64,000 nt of DNA, taken from an uncultured Clostridium sp. (GTDB lineage Bacteria; Bacillota; Clostridia; TANB77; CAG-508). Of this stretch, positions 28,181 to 37,023 are shown one piece after another. Below the pieces are notes generated by a model that made no database searches, had not been told where the DNA came from, and saw only the letters and a program-made list of their open reading frames with translations. The translations under genes were made by a program, and so were the position numbers. Position 1 is the stretch's first letter. Every line of letters begins with the position of its first letter. The DNA lies in NCBI GenBank assembly GCA_947570695.1, contig CANOVB010000005.1:67487-131486 (forward strand), read 5' to 3'.

Positions 28181-28528
28181 ATGAACGGTAGCAACAATCG
28201 CACTATGGAGTTGACGGCAATGAACGAGCAAGGCGTTTTCACCCTGATTTTCCGGGATGACGAGCTGCTGAGAGAGTTCGAGAACATGGTTTCCATGTTC
28301 AACCGGAAGCAGGAAGAGCTGATCGTCACCGAGATCGGCGAAAGCAACGGCAGAATCTTTGAGGTCAAGCGCGTCGAGGGACGCCCCACTTGTTGGGAGC
28401 TGGCTCTGCACAAGTATATGAGCCTGTCCAACACCACAAAGACCAACAAGATTACCGGAAAGAAGTACGAGCCTGTACTGTTTACGCCGCTGCGCTTCGT
28501 GAGTCAGACAGAAGAAGCGGCCTGCTAA
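28181..28528 (+). CDS. Hypothetical 115-aa protein (GC-rich cassette, island 2)
   Basis: AGGAGG (28167-28172), 8 nt, then ATG 28181. About 52% GC in sampled lines. GC3-rich codons. No motif recognised. Confidence 0.7.
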   Translation: MNGSNNRTMELTAMNEQGVFTLIFRDDELLREFENMVSMFNRKQEELIVTEIGESNGRIFEVKRVEGRPTCWELALHKYMSLSNTTKTNKITGKKYEPVLFTPLRFVSQTEEAAC

Positions 28529-28587
28529 TCACAAACCATTGCTGGAGCCAAACAAAAAAGGAGTTTTTAAGGAGATGGCACCAGCAG

Positions 28588-28614
28588 CCCCGCCACTATG
28601 GCGGGGTTTTATTT
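28588..28614 (+). terminator. Rho-independent terminator of the GC-rich cassette
   Basis: ccccgcca-cta-tggcgggg followed by ttttattt. Confidence 0.85.
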
Positions 28615-28615
28615 A

Positions 28616-28870
28616 TATAATAGGAAATTCCTATAGAATTCCTATTATATAAAGCCTTCGGCAACATTTCACAGAAAAATTGCTATGCAATTTTTTGCGG
28701 GCGAACAAAGACGAGCCACTTAAATACACTAAAATGTTTGAGAATTTTAAAAGTGGCTCTTTTGTTCTTTAATAGAAAAGTGCTCTGTACTTTTATTAGA
28801 TAAAGCTTTCATCGACTTTATACAGAAAAACGATAAAGCAATTTTTTATAATATAAAGAAGTTGCCAAAA
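28616..28870 (+). repeat. Intergenic repeat family IGR-1, copy R5a (28616-28770) plus truncated R5b (28771-28870)
   Basis: taataggaaattc..gaattcctatta hairpin, ataaagccttcggcaacattt, gaaaaattgc-tat-gcaatttttt hairpin, and long stem gaacaaagacgagccactt...aagtggctcttttgttc. The second unit begins aatagaaaagtgctctgtacttttatt gataaagctttc. Confidence 0.75.
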
Positions 28871-28924
28871 TTTACAGGAATCCCCAAAATAATACATGAA
28901 ATATAAAAAAATAGAAAAAATATG

Positions 28925-28980
28925 TTGACAATTATTTTTTTTATAACTATAATGAATATATGAACAAATATTCATATATT
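28925..28980 (+). promoter_or_regulatory. Sigma-A promoter overlapping an ArsR/SmtB-type 12-2-12 operator
   Basis: TTGACA (28925-28930), 17-nt spacer, TATAAT (28948-28953). AATATATGAACAAATATTCATATATT (28955-28980) matches the SmtB/CzrA operator pattern aATAxxTGAACAxxTATTCAxxTATt. Confidence 0.75.
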
Positions 28981-29035
28981 CACATATGATAAATTAATAA
29001 AAATCAATAGTTCAAAAAGAGGGGGAAATTTTGCA

Positions 29036-29395
29036 ATGAATGAAGAATTAATTAATGAAGATATTCAGATAGTCGATGAAAGAAAAGTAAAAAAGGTAAA
29101 AGAAACACTACCATCTGATGAATTAATTTTTGATTTAGCTGAATTATTTAAAGTTTTTGGAGATTCAACAAGAATGAAAATAATATGTGCTTTATTAGAA
29201 GAAGAACTTTGTGTAGGGGATATAGCAAGTATAACAAATTCAACACCATCTGCAATTTCACATCAATTAAGAGTGTTAAAACAGTCAAAGCTTGTTAAAT
29301 ATAGAAAAGAAGGAAAAATAGTTTATTATTCACTTGATGATGATCATGTAAAACAAATCTTTGAGAAAGGTCGTGAACACATTGAAGAAGTATAA
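29036..29395 (+). CDS. ArsR/SmtB-family metalloregulator
   Basis: FKVFGDSTRMKIICALLEEELCVGDIASITNSTPSAISHQLRVLKQSKLVKYRKEGKIVYYSL is the ArsR winged-helix signature. Confidence 0.9.
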   Translation: MNEELINEDIQIVDERKVKKVKETLPSDELIFDLAELFKVFGDSTRMKIICALLEEELCVGDIASITNSTPSAISHQLRVLKQSKLVKYRKEGKIVYYSLDDDHVKQIFEKGREHIEEV

Positions 29396-31457
29396 TTTTT
29401 TACTTAAAAATTTAGATTGTGCTAATTGTGCAAATAAAATTCAAAATAAATTAGCAGAAAATAAAGACTACAAAAATGTTAATGTTAATTTTAGTACATT
29501 AAAATTAACATTAGAAAGCGAACTAGAGAATATAAAACAAGATATTGTAAAAATTGTTTCTGAATTAGAACCAGGAGTAGAAGTAATAGATATGCATAAT
29601 CATATTCATGCTAATAAAGAAGATAAAAAAAAGCCAAAAATAAACAAGAATTTTGTAAGATTAATGGTTGGAATAATTTTCATGATATTTGGGCTATTTA
29701 TTAACCTTCCAAGAAATTATAATTTAATATGTACAGTTTTTGCTTATGCAATCTTATTATATAGAACAACAAAAAATGCATTGAAACTATTAAAAAATAA
29801 GGTAATAGATGAAAATTTTTTAGTAACGATTTCTTGTATTGGAGCTTTTTTTATAGGAGAACAAAAAGAAGGACTAATGGTTATAGTTTTATATGAAATA
29901 GGAAAATTATTAGAGGATAAAGCTGTTAATAATACGAGAAAATCAATTACGAATTTAATGGATATAAAGCCAGAGTATGCAAATTTGAAACATGAACATC
30001 ATGAGCATAGGGTAAACCCAGAGGAAGTAAATGTAGGAGACATTATAATTGTAAAACAAGGGGAAAAAGTAGCGTTAGATGGGATAGTAATTTCAGGAGA
30101 AGCTTCATTAAATACAGCATCATTAACAGGAGAAAGTAAACTTTTAAAAGTAAAAGAAAATGATAATATAATTTCAGGTAGTATAAACGAAAAAGGATTA
30201 ATTGAAGTAAAAGTAACAGAAAAATATGAAAATAGTACAGTAAAGAGAATACTAGAATTAGTTGAAAATGCTACTGATAAAAAAGCAAAAACTGAAACTT
30301 TTGTAAATAAAGCTTCAAGAATTTATACTCCAATAGTAGTAGCTTTAGCATTAGCTGTTGCAATATTTTTACCATTAATATTAAATATACAATATTCAGA
30401 AAGTATATACAGAGCTTTAATATTTTTAGTAGTTTCTTGCCCTTGTGCTATTGTTATATCAGTTCCTTTAAGTTATTTTACAGGAATAGGAAAAGCCTCA
30501 AAATCTGGAATATTAATAAAAGGAAGTAATTACTTAGATAGTTTAAAAAATATTGGGGAAATTGTATTTGACAAAACAGGAACTCTTACAAAAGGAGAAT
30601 TTGGAGTAGAAGAAATAAAACCATATTCAAGCAAATATACTGAAAATGAAATATTAGAATATGCAGCATTAGGAGAAAGTCTATCTAATCATCCTATTGC
30701 TATAGCAATATTAAAAGAATATGGAAAAGTTATAGAAAAAGATAAAATAATAAATTTTGAAGAGGTTTCTGGGAAGGGAATAAAATATAAAATTGAAAAT
30801 AAAGAAGTTAAAATAGGAAATTCTGACTTTACGGGAGCTAAAAATGAAGATAAAATTGGAACAGTTATTTATGTAAAAATAGATGATGAAATTGCTGGAG
30901 ATATAGTATTAAATGATATTTTAAAACCAGAGACAAAAGAAGCAATAGGTAAATTAAAATCTTTAGGAATTAAAACAAAAATGTTTACAGGAGACAATAA
31001 AGATATAGCAAAAAAGATTGGGAATGAAATCGAAATAGATGAAATAAGATCAGAAATGCTACCACAAGATAAATATAATGAAGTAGAAAAAATAATAAAT
31101 AAAAAAAGAGAAACAAAAGAAAAAGTAGCATTTGTAGGAGATGGAATTAATGATTCTCCAGTTTTAGCACTATCTGATATAGGAATTTCAATGGGAGGAA
31201 TTGGTGCAAGTTCAGCTATTGAAGCATCAGATGTTGTTATTATGACAGATGATTTAATAAAAATCGAAGAAGCAATCAATATATCTAAAAAAACAAATAA
31301 AATAATAATGCAAAACTTATTGTTTGCTTTATTAATAAAGGTTTTAGTACTAATTTTGAGTATGTTTGGAATAGCACAAATGTGGCAAGCAGTTTTTGCA
31401 GATGTTGGAGTAACACTAATTACAATATTAAATACAATGAGAATATTAAAAAATTAA
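29361..31457 (+). CDS. P1B-type heavy-metal (Cd/Zn/Co-type) translocating ATPase
   Basis: N-terminal HMA-like CANC, CPC motif (VVSCPCAIVISVP), DKTGTLT, GDGINDSP. The start is uncertain: TTG 29361, GTG 29373 or TTG 29382, all overlapping the arsR end. Confidence 0.9.
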   Translation: MRKVVNTLKKYNFLLKNLDCANCANKIQNKLAENKDYKNVNVNFSTLKLTLESELENIKQDIVKIVSELEPGVEVIDMHNHIHANKEDKKKPKINKNFVRLMVGIIFMIFGLFINLPRNYNLICTVFAYAILLYRTTKNALKLLKNKVIDENFLVTISCIGAFFIGEQKEGLMVIVLYEIGKLLEDKAVNNTRKSITNLMDIKPEYANLKHEHHEHRVNPEEVNVGDIIIVKQGEKVALDGIVISGEASLNTASLTGESKLLKVKENDNIISGSINEKGLIEVKVTEKYENSTVKRILELVENATDKKAKTETFVNKASRIYTPIVVALALAVAIFLPLILNIQYSESIYRALIFLVVSCPCAIVISVPLSYFTGIGKASKSGILIKGSNYLDSLKNIGEIVFDKTGTLTKGEFGVEEIKPYSSKYTENEILEYAALGESLSNHPIAIAILKEYGKVIEKDKIINFEEVSGKGIKYKIENKEVKIGNSDFTGAKNEDKIGTVIYVKIDDEIAGDIVLNDILKPETKEAIGKLKSLGIKTKMFTGDNKDIAKKIGNEIEIDEIRSEMLPQDKYNEVEKIINKKRETKEKVAFVGDGINDSPVLALSDIGISMGGIGASSAIEASDVVIMTDDLIKIEEAINISKKTNKIIMQNLLFALLIKVLVLILSMFGIAQMWQAVFADVGVTLITILNTMRILKN

Positions 31458-31461
31458 ATAT

Positions 31462-31516
31462 AAAAAATCAAGGGGACCCGTTTTGTGATTAGCTCACAAA
31501 CGGGTCCCTCTTTTTG
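31462..31516. terminator. Bidirectional GC-rich terminator at the left edge of island 3
   Basis: gggacccgttttgtga-ttagc-tcacaaacgggtccc with an A-run upstream and a T-run downstream. Confidence 0.85.
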
Positions 31517-31527
31517 GAAAAGTTTGC

Positions 31528-32037
31528 TTACAGCAGACTGAGAAACTCAGGGGGACAAAACAGAGGTCTGTAGTCCGTGAAGTCCTTAATCAGCTGTTTC
31601 AGGTTTTCTTGACTGATATTATCAGCCACATAGGCAACCAAAGGCTTGAGTAGATGCTTGCCGGGGGCGTTCTGAACAAGAGCGATTCCGTAAACATCTT
31701 TTTTTACAGTCAGAATCACATCTTTGGAGGTCTTTTCCTTGTAATCACGGATTGCTTTCCAAAACTCATCAAAAGAGGTAACATTGGAAGCTTTGGTGCT
31801 GAAGGAAAGAGACCAAGCGATTTTCTGACCGCGGCTTTTCGGCATTTCAGCCCTGATGACAGAGGGAGCTTTGTTCATTCCGTTGTGCGAAATGTAGAAA
31901 CATTCCCCAATGCTTGCTTGGCAGTTAGTGGATGGGTATCCACATAAAGATGTCCGCAACTCATGACCATCAAATGAAGCTCTAACAGATTCAGAGATTG
32001 TGATGGACATAGGAGATTTCCACAAAAAAACCTGCAT
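31528..32037 (-). CDS. Hypothetical 169-aa protein (island 3, GC-rich)
   Basis: ATG 32037 lies 5 nt after GGAAAGG. About 52% GC in sampled lines. No motif recognised. Confidence 0.65.
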   Translation of the reverse strand: MQVFLWKSPMSITISESVRASFDGHELRTSLCGYPSTNCQASIGECFYISHNGMNKAPSVIRAEMPKSRGQKIAWSLSFSTKASNVTSFDEFWKAIRDYKEKTSKDVILTVKKDVYGIALVQNAPGKHLLKPLVAYVADNISQENLKQLIKDFTDYRPLFCPPEFLSLL

Positions 32038-32336
32038 TCTTACCTTTCCCTACGGTAGCAAAAGGCTACTTTCGTTCCCAAAATTTGGTATAGTAGTATG
32101 TTTTGGGCTAACATTTTGTTGAATTTTTGCCTGAATTGACTTTAAAACATAGGCAGATATATAGTTTCAACATTCCTATTATAACATAGATTAACATAAA
32201 TTTCAATTTTAATATTTAATAGTTTTATACTTTACTATAAAATTGCATATTATATATGTTATAATAAATATAATGTCCCAGAGAGGAACGTATTGCATGC
32301 CTGTAATTAGGCATATGACAACAGGAGGAGATCGCA

Positions 32337-32747
32337 ATGAAAAGACGGAGAAAAAAGCCTAGTCCTATGAGTAAAATTTTGGTATTCGTGGCAGGGGTAC
32401 TTTTGGGAGTATCAGCTACACTGAGCTATTTTACATTTTCTGAGTACCAAAATAGTCCCCCTAAACCCGCCAACCCAAGAATGAACATAGTTGCACACGG
32501 CTCATGGATTCATTCTAATGATGGTGGCAGTTATACTATTTCAGCTTTAGGTTATGGAAAACTGTACTCTAATGTCGCGTTCAGTAATGAGGTTTCAGCA
32601 ACTGAGCACCCTGTCGAGGTTCGTAGTGAGGGATATACGATACAAATCGACATTGTAGGATGGTATAAAAAAACAGTAACTATGACTGCTGGAGAGTCAC
32701 TGCTAATAGGTGTACCTGAGGCTTATCTTTATGTAATTGTTGTCTAA
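32337..32747 (+). CDS. Hypothetical 136-aa membrane-anchored protein (island 3)
   Basis: AGGAGGAG RBS. MKRRRKKPSPMSKILVFVAGVLLGVSATLSYFTF (basic N-terminus plus one TM), followed by a beta-rich domain. Confidence 0.65.
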   Translation: MKRRRKKPSPMSKILVFVAGVLLGVSATLSYFTFSEYQNSPPKPANPRMNIVAHGSWIHSNDGGSYTISALGYGKLYSNVAFSNEVSATEHPVEVRSEGYTIQIDIVGWYKKTVTMTAGESLLIGVPEAYLYVIVV

Positions 32748-32753
32748 GGCAAA

Positions 32754-32793
32754 AGAGCCGGAGTGAATGAGAATTCAAATTCACTCCGGCTCT
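32754..32793 (+). terminator. 15-bp GC-rich hairpin at the right edge of island 3 (no canonical U-tract)
   Basis: agagccggagtgaat-N10-attcactccggctct. Confidence 0.5.
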
Positions 32794-32983
32794 AGACGCT
32801 TTATTATCAAGAGCGACTGATATATTATTATAAAAAATTGTAATTAGTTAGATACCAGAATTTCTAAAAAGATTGATTTTTAACCAAAAGAAGAGTATAA
32901 TGTATAAGTATTTTATATAAGTATAAATAAAATTACATAAACTTGATTTATATAATTTTTTAGCTAAAGATGGAGGAAGTATT

Positions 32984-33979
32984 ATGAAAAAAACAATATT
33001 AAGTGGAATTCAAGCCACAGGCAGTTTAACTTTAGGAAATTATTTAGGAGCATTAAATAATTGGGTAGAAATGCAAGATGAATATGATTGTTATTATATG
33101 ATTGCAGATTTACATACTTTAACAATTAGAAATGATCCAGAAAAATTAAGAGAAAATACTTTAAATTTAATTGCATTATACATTGCAGCAGGATTAGATC
33201 CAGATAAAAATACTATATTTATTCAATCACATATTCCTGCACATACACAACTATCTTGGGTTCTAAATTGTTATACTTATATGGGTGAACTAAATAGAAT
33301 GACACAATTTAAAGATAAGAGTGCAAAACATGCAGATAATATAAATAGCGGATTATATACATATCCAGTATTAATGGCTGCTGATATATTAATATATAAT
33401 GCTGATTTAGTACCAGTTGGAGAGGATCAAAAACAACATTTAGAAATAGCAAGAGATATAGCAGATAGATTTAATTCTTTATATGGAGAAACTTTTAAAA
33501 TGCCAGAGCCTTATATAGGAAAAGTAGGTGCAAGAATAATGGGATTACAAAATCCAACAGCCAAAATGAGCAAAAGTGCGGTAGACCCAATGGATAAAAT
33601 TCTTTTAACAGATGAACCAGATGAAATTAGAAAAAAATTTAAAAAAGCAGTTACAGATTCTGAAAATTGTGTAAGATATAATAGAGAAACAAAACCAGGT
33701 GTAAGTAATTTAATGGCTATCTATGGAATAATAAAAAATAAAACAATGGAGGATATTGAAAAAGAATTTGAAGGTCAAGGCTATGGAGTATTTAAAACAG
33801 CTGTAGCAGAAGCTGTAGTTGAAAGATTAGAACCACTACAAAAAAGATATAATGAGTTATTAGAAAACAAAGAGGAATTAATGGCAATTTGTGAAAAAGG
33901 TGCTAAAAAAGCAACTGAAAAAGCAAATAAATTAGTTAAAGATGTTTATAAGAAAGTAGGATTAGTGGTTAATGAATAA
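32984..33979 (+). CDS. trpS: Tryptophanyl-tRNA synthetase
   Basis: ILSGIQATGSLTLGNYLGA..., GEDQKQHLE, and the KMSKS motif. Confidence 0.95.
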   Translation: MKKTILSGIQATGSLTLGNYLGALNNWVEMQDEYDCYYMIADLHTLTIRNDPEKLRENTLNLIALYIAAGLDPDKNTIFIQSHIPAHTQLSWVLNCYTYMGELNRMTQFKDKSAKHADNINSGLYTYPVLMAADILIYNADLVPVGEDQKQHLEIARDIADRFNSLYGETFKMPEPYIGKVGARIMGLQNPTAKMSKSAVDPMDKILLTDEPDEIRKKFKKAVTDSENCVRYNRETKPGVSNLMAIYGIIKNKTMEDIEKEFEGQGYGVFKTAVAEAVVERLEPLQKRYNELLENKEELMAICEKGAKKATEKANKLVKDVYKKVGLVVNE

Positions 33980-34325
33980 TTATGTAAAAGAATTTTCAAA
34001 TGAACCAAGCTTTACAAGAGATGGATTTGATGGATATATATTAGATATAAAAAATGAAAATATTGTTATAACTTATGAAAAAGTTTATAAAGGGCATGAT
34101 AAATATTGTACAAATACAAAAATTACACACATATATTATGTTTTATCAGGAAATGGAAAATTTAAAATAAAAAATGATATATATGAAGTAAAAAAAGGAA
34201 ATATTATTGAAATCCCACCTAATACAAAATTTATATTTGCAGGTGAAATGGAATTGTTATTAATAATGAATCCTAAATTTAAAGCTGAATATGAAATTGT
34301 AGGAGAGGGTAACGATTTGTATTAA
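33972..34325 (+). CDS. Small cupin-like protein
   Basis: Overlaps the trpS stop by 8 nt. YYVLSGNGKFKIKNDIYEVKKGNIIEIPPNTKFIFAGEM resembles a cupin barrel. Confidence 0.5.
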   Translation: MNNYVKEFSNEPSFTRDGFDGYILDIKNENIVITYEKVYKGHDKYCTNTKITHIYYVLSGNGKFKIKNDIYEVKKGNIIEIPPNTKFIFAGEMELLLIMNPKFKAEYEIVGEGNDLY

Positions 34326-34367
34326 GGTTTATAGGTACCTATTTAAAAATCTAAATATATTAATTAA

Positions 34368-35654
<1,287 letters not shown>

Positions 35655-35716
35655 AAATTAAAAAAATGGTTTCATAATTTATTTAAAATTCATATTATAC
35701 TTCTAGGAGGTGTAGT

Positions 35717-36238
35717 ATGAATTTTGAAGTTTTATACAATAATTTTGATGAAATAGATAATGAACCATATCCTAAAATTCGTGATATAAAACCAGATTAT
35801 AGATTTGGAAAAATGCTATATAATTCATATGCTGGTTCTTATGGAGAACTAACAGCAATAACACAATATGTTTATGAGGATATGACAAATGAAGAAACAA
35901 AAGAATTAAGAAATGTTTTGATGAGAGTATCAATAGATGAAATGCATCATTTAAAAATATTAGGAGAGTTATTAAGTGCACTTGGATTTATACCATATTA
36001 TATGGGAAGTAGAAATAATAAATGGTGCTCAGATAGAGTAAAATATAGATTTAATTCAGTAGAAGAAATGATGAAATATAATATACAGCTTGAAAAGATG
36101 GCAATAAAAGAATATGAGAGATTAATAGAAAATACAGAAGATACATGTATAAAAGAAATACTATCAAGAATTATTAAAGATGAAGAAAATCACATAAGGA
36201 TATTTAAAGTAGTAGGAGGAATAAAAGACAACTGCTAG
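35717..36238 (+). CDS. Ferritin-like di-metal protein (CotJC / Mn-catalase-like)
   Basis: GELTAITQYVYE..., DEMHHLKILGELL and KDEENHIRIF (two ExxH motifs), typical of CotJC-type spore proteins. Confidence 0.7.
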   Translation: MNFEVLYNNFDEIDNEPYPKIRDIKPDYRFGKMLYNSYAGSYGELTAITQYVYEDMTNEETKELRNVLMRVSIDEMHHLKILGELLSALGFIPYYMGSRNNKWCSDRVKYRFNSVEEMMKYNIQLEKMAIKEYERLIENTEDTCIKEILSRIIKDEENHIRIFKVVGGIKDNC

Positions 36239-36328
36239 GGAGTATGTAAAATATAGAAAAACTATAATAATAAAATTATATTAAAATTTTGCGTTTAAAC
36301 ACATAATAAATAAAAAAATAATAAACGC

Positions 36329-36357
36329 TTGCAAAAATAAGAAGCATTTATTATAAT
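36329..36357 (+). promoter_or_regulatory. Sigma-A type promoter ahead of the duplicated mini-ORF modules
   Basis: TTGCAA (36329-36334), 17-nt spacer, TATAAT (36352-36357). Confidence 0.55.
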
Positions 36358-36393
36358 AAAAATGTATTAATAAAAAGAAAAGGAAAAATAAAA

Positions 36394-36462
36394 ATGCATA
36401 AACTTAAAACCATTGCAAGAGTACACACACACACACACACACACACACAAGTAGAATTTTAA
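36394..36462 (+). CDS. Leader-like mini-ORF MHKLKTIARVHTHTHTHTQVEF (22 aa)
   Basis: AGGA lies 9 nt upstream of the ATG. The His-Thr repeat is encoded by the (AC)13 tract. Translation is unproven. Confidence 0.35.
   Translation: MHKLKTIARVHTHTHTHTQVEF
36423..36449. repeat. (AC)13 dinucleotide microsatellite
   Basis: acacacacacacacacacacacacaca, counted directly. The paralogous site 36827-36838 carries only an interrupted short tract (acatacacacaca). Confidence 0.95.
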
Positions 36463-36505
36463 AAGAAGAAAAAAGAGTAGATAACATCTACTCTAAAAGC
36501 AATGT

Positions 36506-36570
36506 AAAAAATAGGTCTTTCCTAAGCAAATATAGAAATATGTTTGTTTAGAAGTGACCTATTTTTTATT
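36506..36570 (+). terminator. Long-stem terminator T1 between mini-ORF 1 and 34-aa ORF 1
   Basis: aaaaaataggtc...gacctatttttt, with an internally paired loop (ctttcctaagcaaa/tttgtttagaag) and a T-run. Confidence 0.65.
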
Positions 36571-36630
36571 TTGAATTTAATTATAAAAAATTAAAGAGTA
36601 GGAAAATAAAAAAGAAAGGAGATAAAATAT

Positions 36631-36735
36631 ATGGAAAATAGCAAAATGCATTATCAAACGCCAGAATTTACATATGGAGTGATGGTGGATATTTATAAAG
36701 AAATAGGAAAAGATAGCCCTTCTATCATAGAATAA
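36631..36735 (+). CDS. 34-aa peptide MENSKMHYQTPEFTYGVMVDIYKEIGKDSPSIIE
   Basis: AGGAGA lies 8 nt upstream of the ATG. It is paralogous to the ORF at 37024 through the shared Y-x-T-P-E-[FL]-x-x-G-x-[MI]-x-D-[IL]-[YF] motif. Confidence 0.55.
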   Translation: MENSKMHYQTPEFTYGVMVDIYKEIGKDSPSIIE

Positions 36736-36767
36736 ATATTGAAAAAACGAAATAAAGTATAAAAGTA

Positions 36768-36895
36768 TAATAACAAAAGAAAAGGAAAAATGAAACATGC
36801 ATAAACTTAAAAACGTTGCAAGAGTACATACACACACAAGTAGAAATTTAAAAGAAGAAAAAGAGTAGATAATATCTACTCTAGAGCTGTTGTAA
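36768..36895 (+). repeat. Direct repeat unit 2 (paralogue of 36368-36500)
   Basis: See unit 1. Contains the mini-ORF at 36797-36868 and the hairpin agagtagat-aat-atctactct (36862-36882). Confidence 0.85.
36797..36868 (+). CDS. Leader-like mini-ORF MHKLKNVARVHTHTSRNLKEEKE (23 aa)
   Basis: Same start context as 36394. The shorter AC tract puts it in a different downstream frame, so it terminates at a TAG inside the hairpin arm. Confidence 0.3.
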   Translation: MHKLKNVARVHTHTSRNLKEEKE

Positions 36896-36916
36896 ATCAA
36901 ATAATATTAAGAATAA

Positions 36917-36960
36917 AGTCTTTAATTAGAAAAAGGTTTTCTAATTGGAGGCTTTTTTTT
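36917..36960 (+). terminator. Terminator T2 between mini-ORF 2 and 34-aa ORF 2
   Basis: tttaattagaaaa-gg-ttttctaattgg followed by aggc and T8. Confidence 0.65.
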
Positions 36961-37023
36961 GCGTGAAAATATATTATTTTGCAATTTAAAAAAGCTTATT
37001 AAATAAAAAGGAGATTATTGATA

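Larger units (their letters stand above)
36368..36500 (+). repeat. Direct repeat unit 1 (leader-like mini-ORF, (AC)n tract and 9-bp hairpin)
   Basis: Aligns with 36768-36895 at about 90% identity by eye outside the AC tract, e.g. aaaagaaaaggaaaaat...atgcataaacttaaaa..ttgcaagagtaca...agtagaa.tttaaaagaagaaaaagagtagataa.atctactct. Confidence 0.85.

Noticed and set aside
28109-28620. Three extra ORFs overlapping the island-2 gene (28109-28411 minus, 28165-28449 minus, 28390-28620 plus), and a 25-aa ORF starting at the ATG at 28575
   Set aside because: Only 28181-28528 is positioned behind the consensus promoter and AGGAGG RBS and ahead of the terminator. The others are GC-induced shadow frames, and the 25-aa ORF reads straight through the terminator hairpin.
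31654-31947. 97-aa plus-strand ORF inside island 3
   Set aside because: It is antisense to the better-supported 169-aa ORF, has no RBS and is a GC-composition artefact.
36577-36900. 107-aa minus-strand ORF across the mini-ORF repeat region
   Set aside because: It runs antisense through the repeats, the AC tract (giving VCVC) and the hairpins. It has no RBS and an F/L/I/S-rich AT-bias translation.
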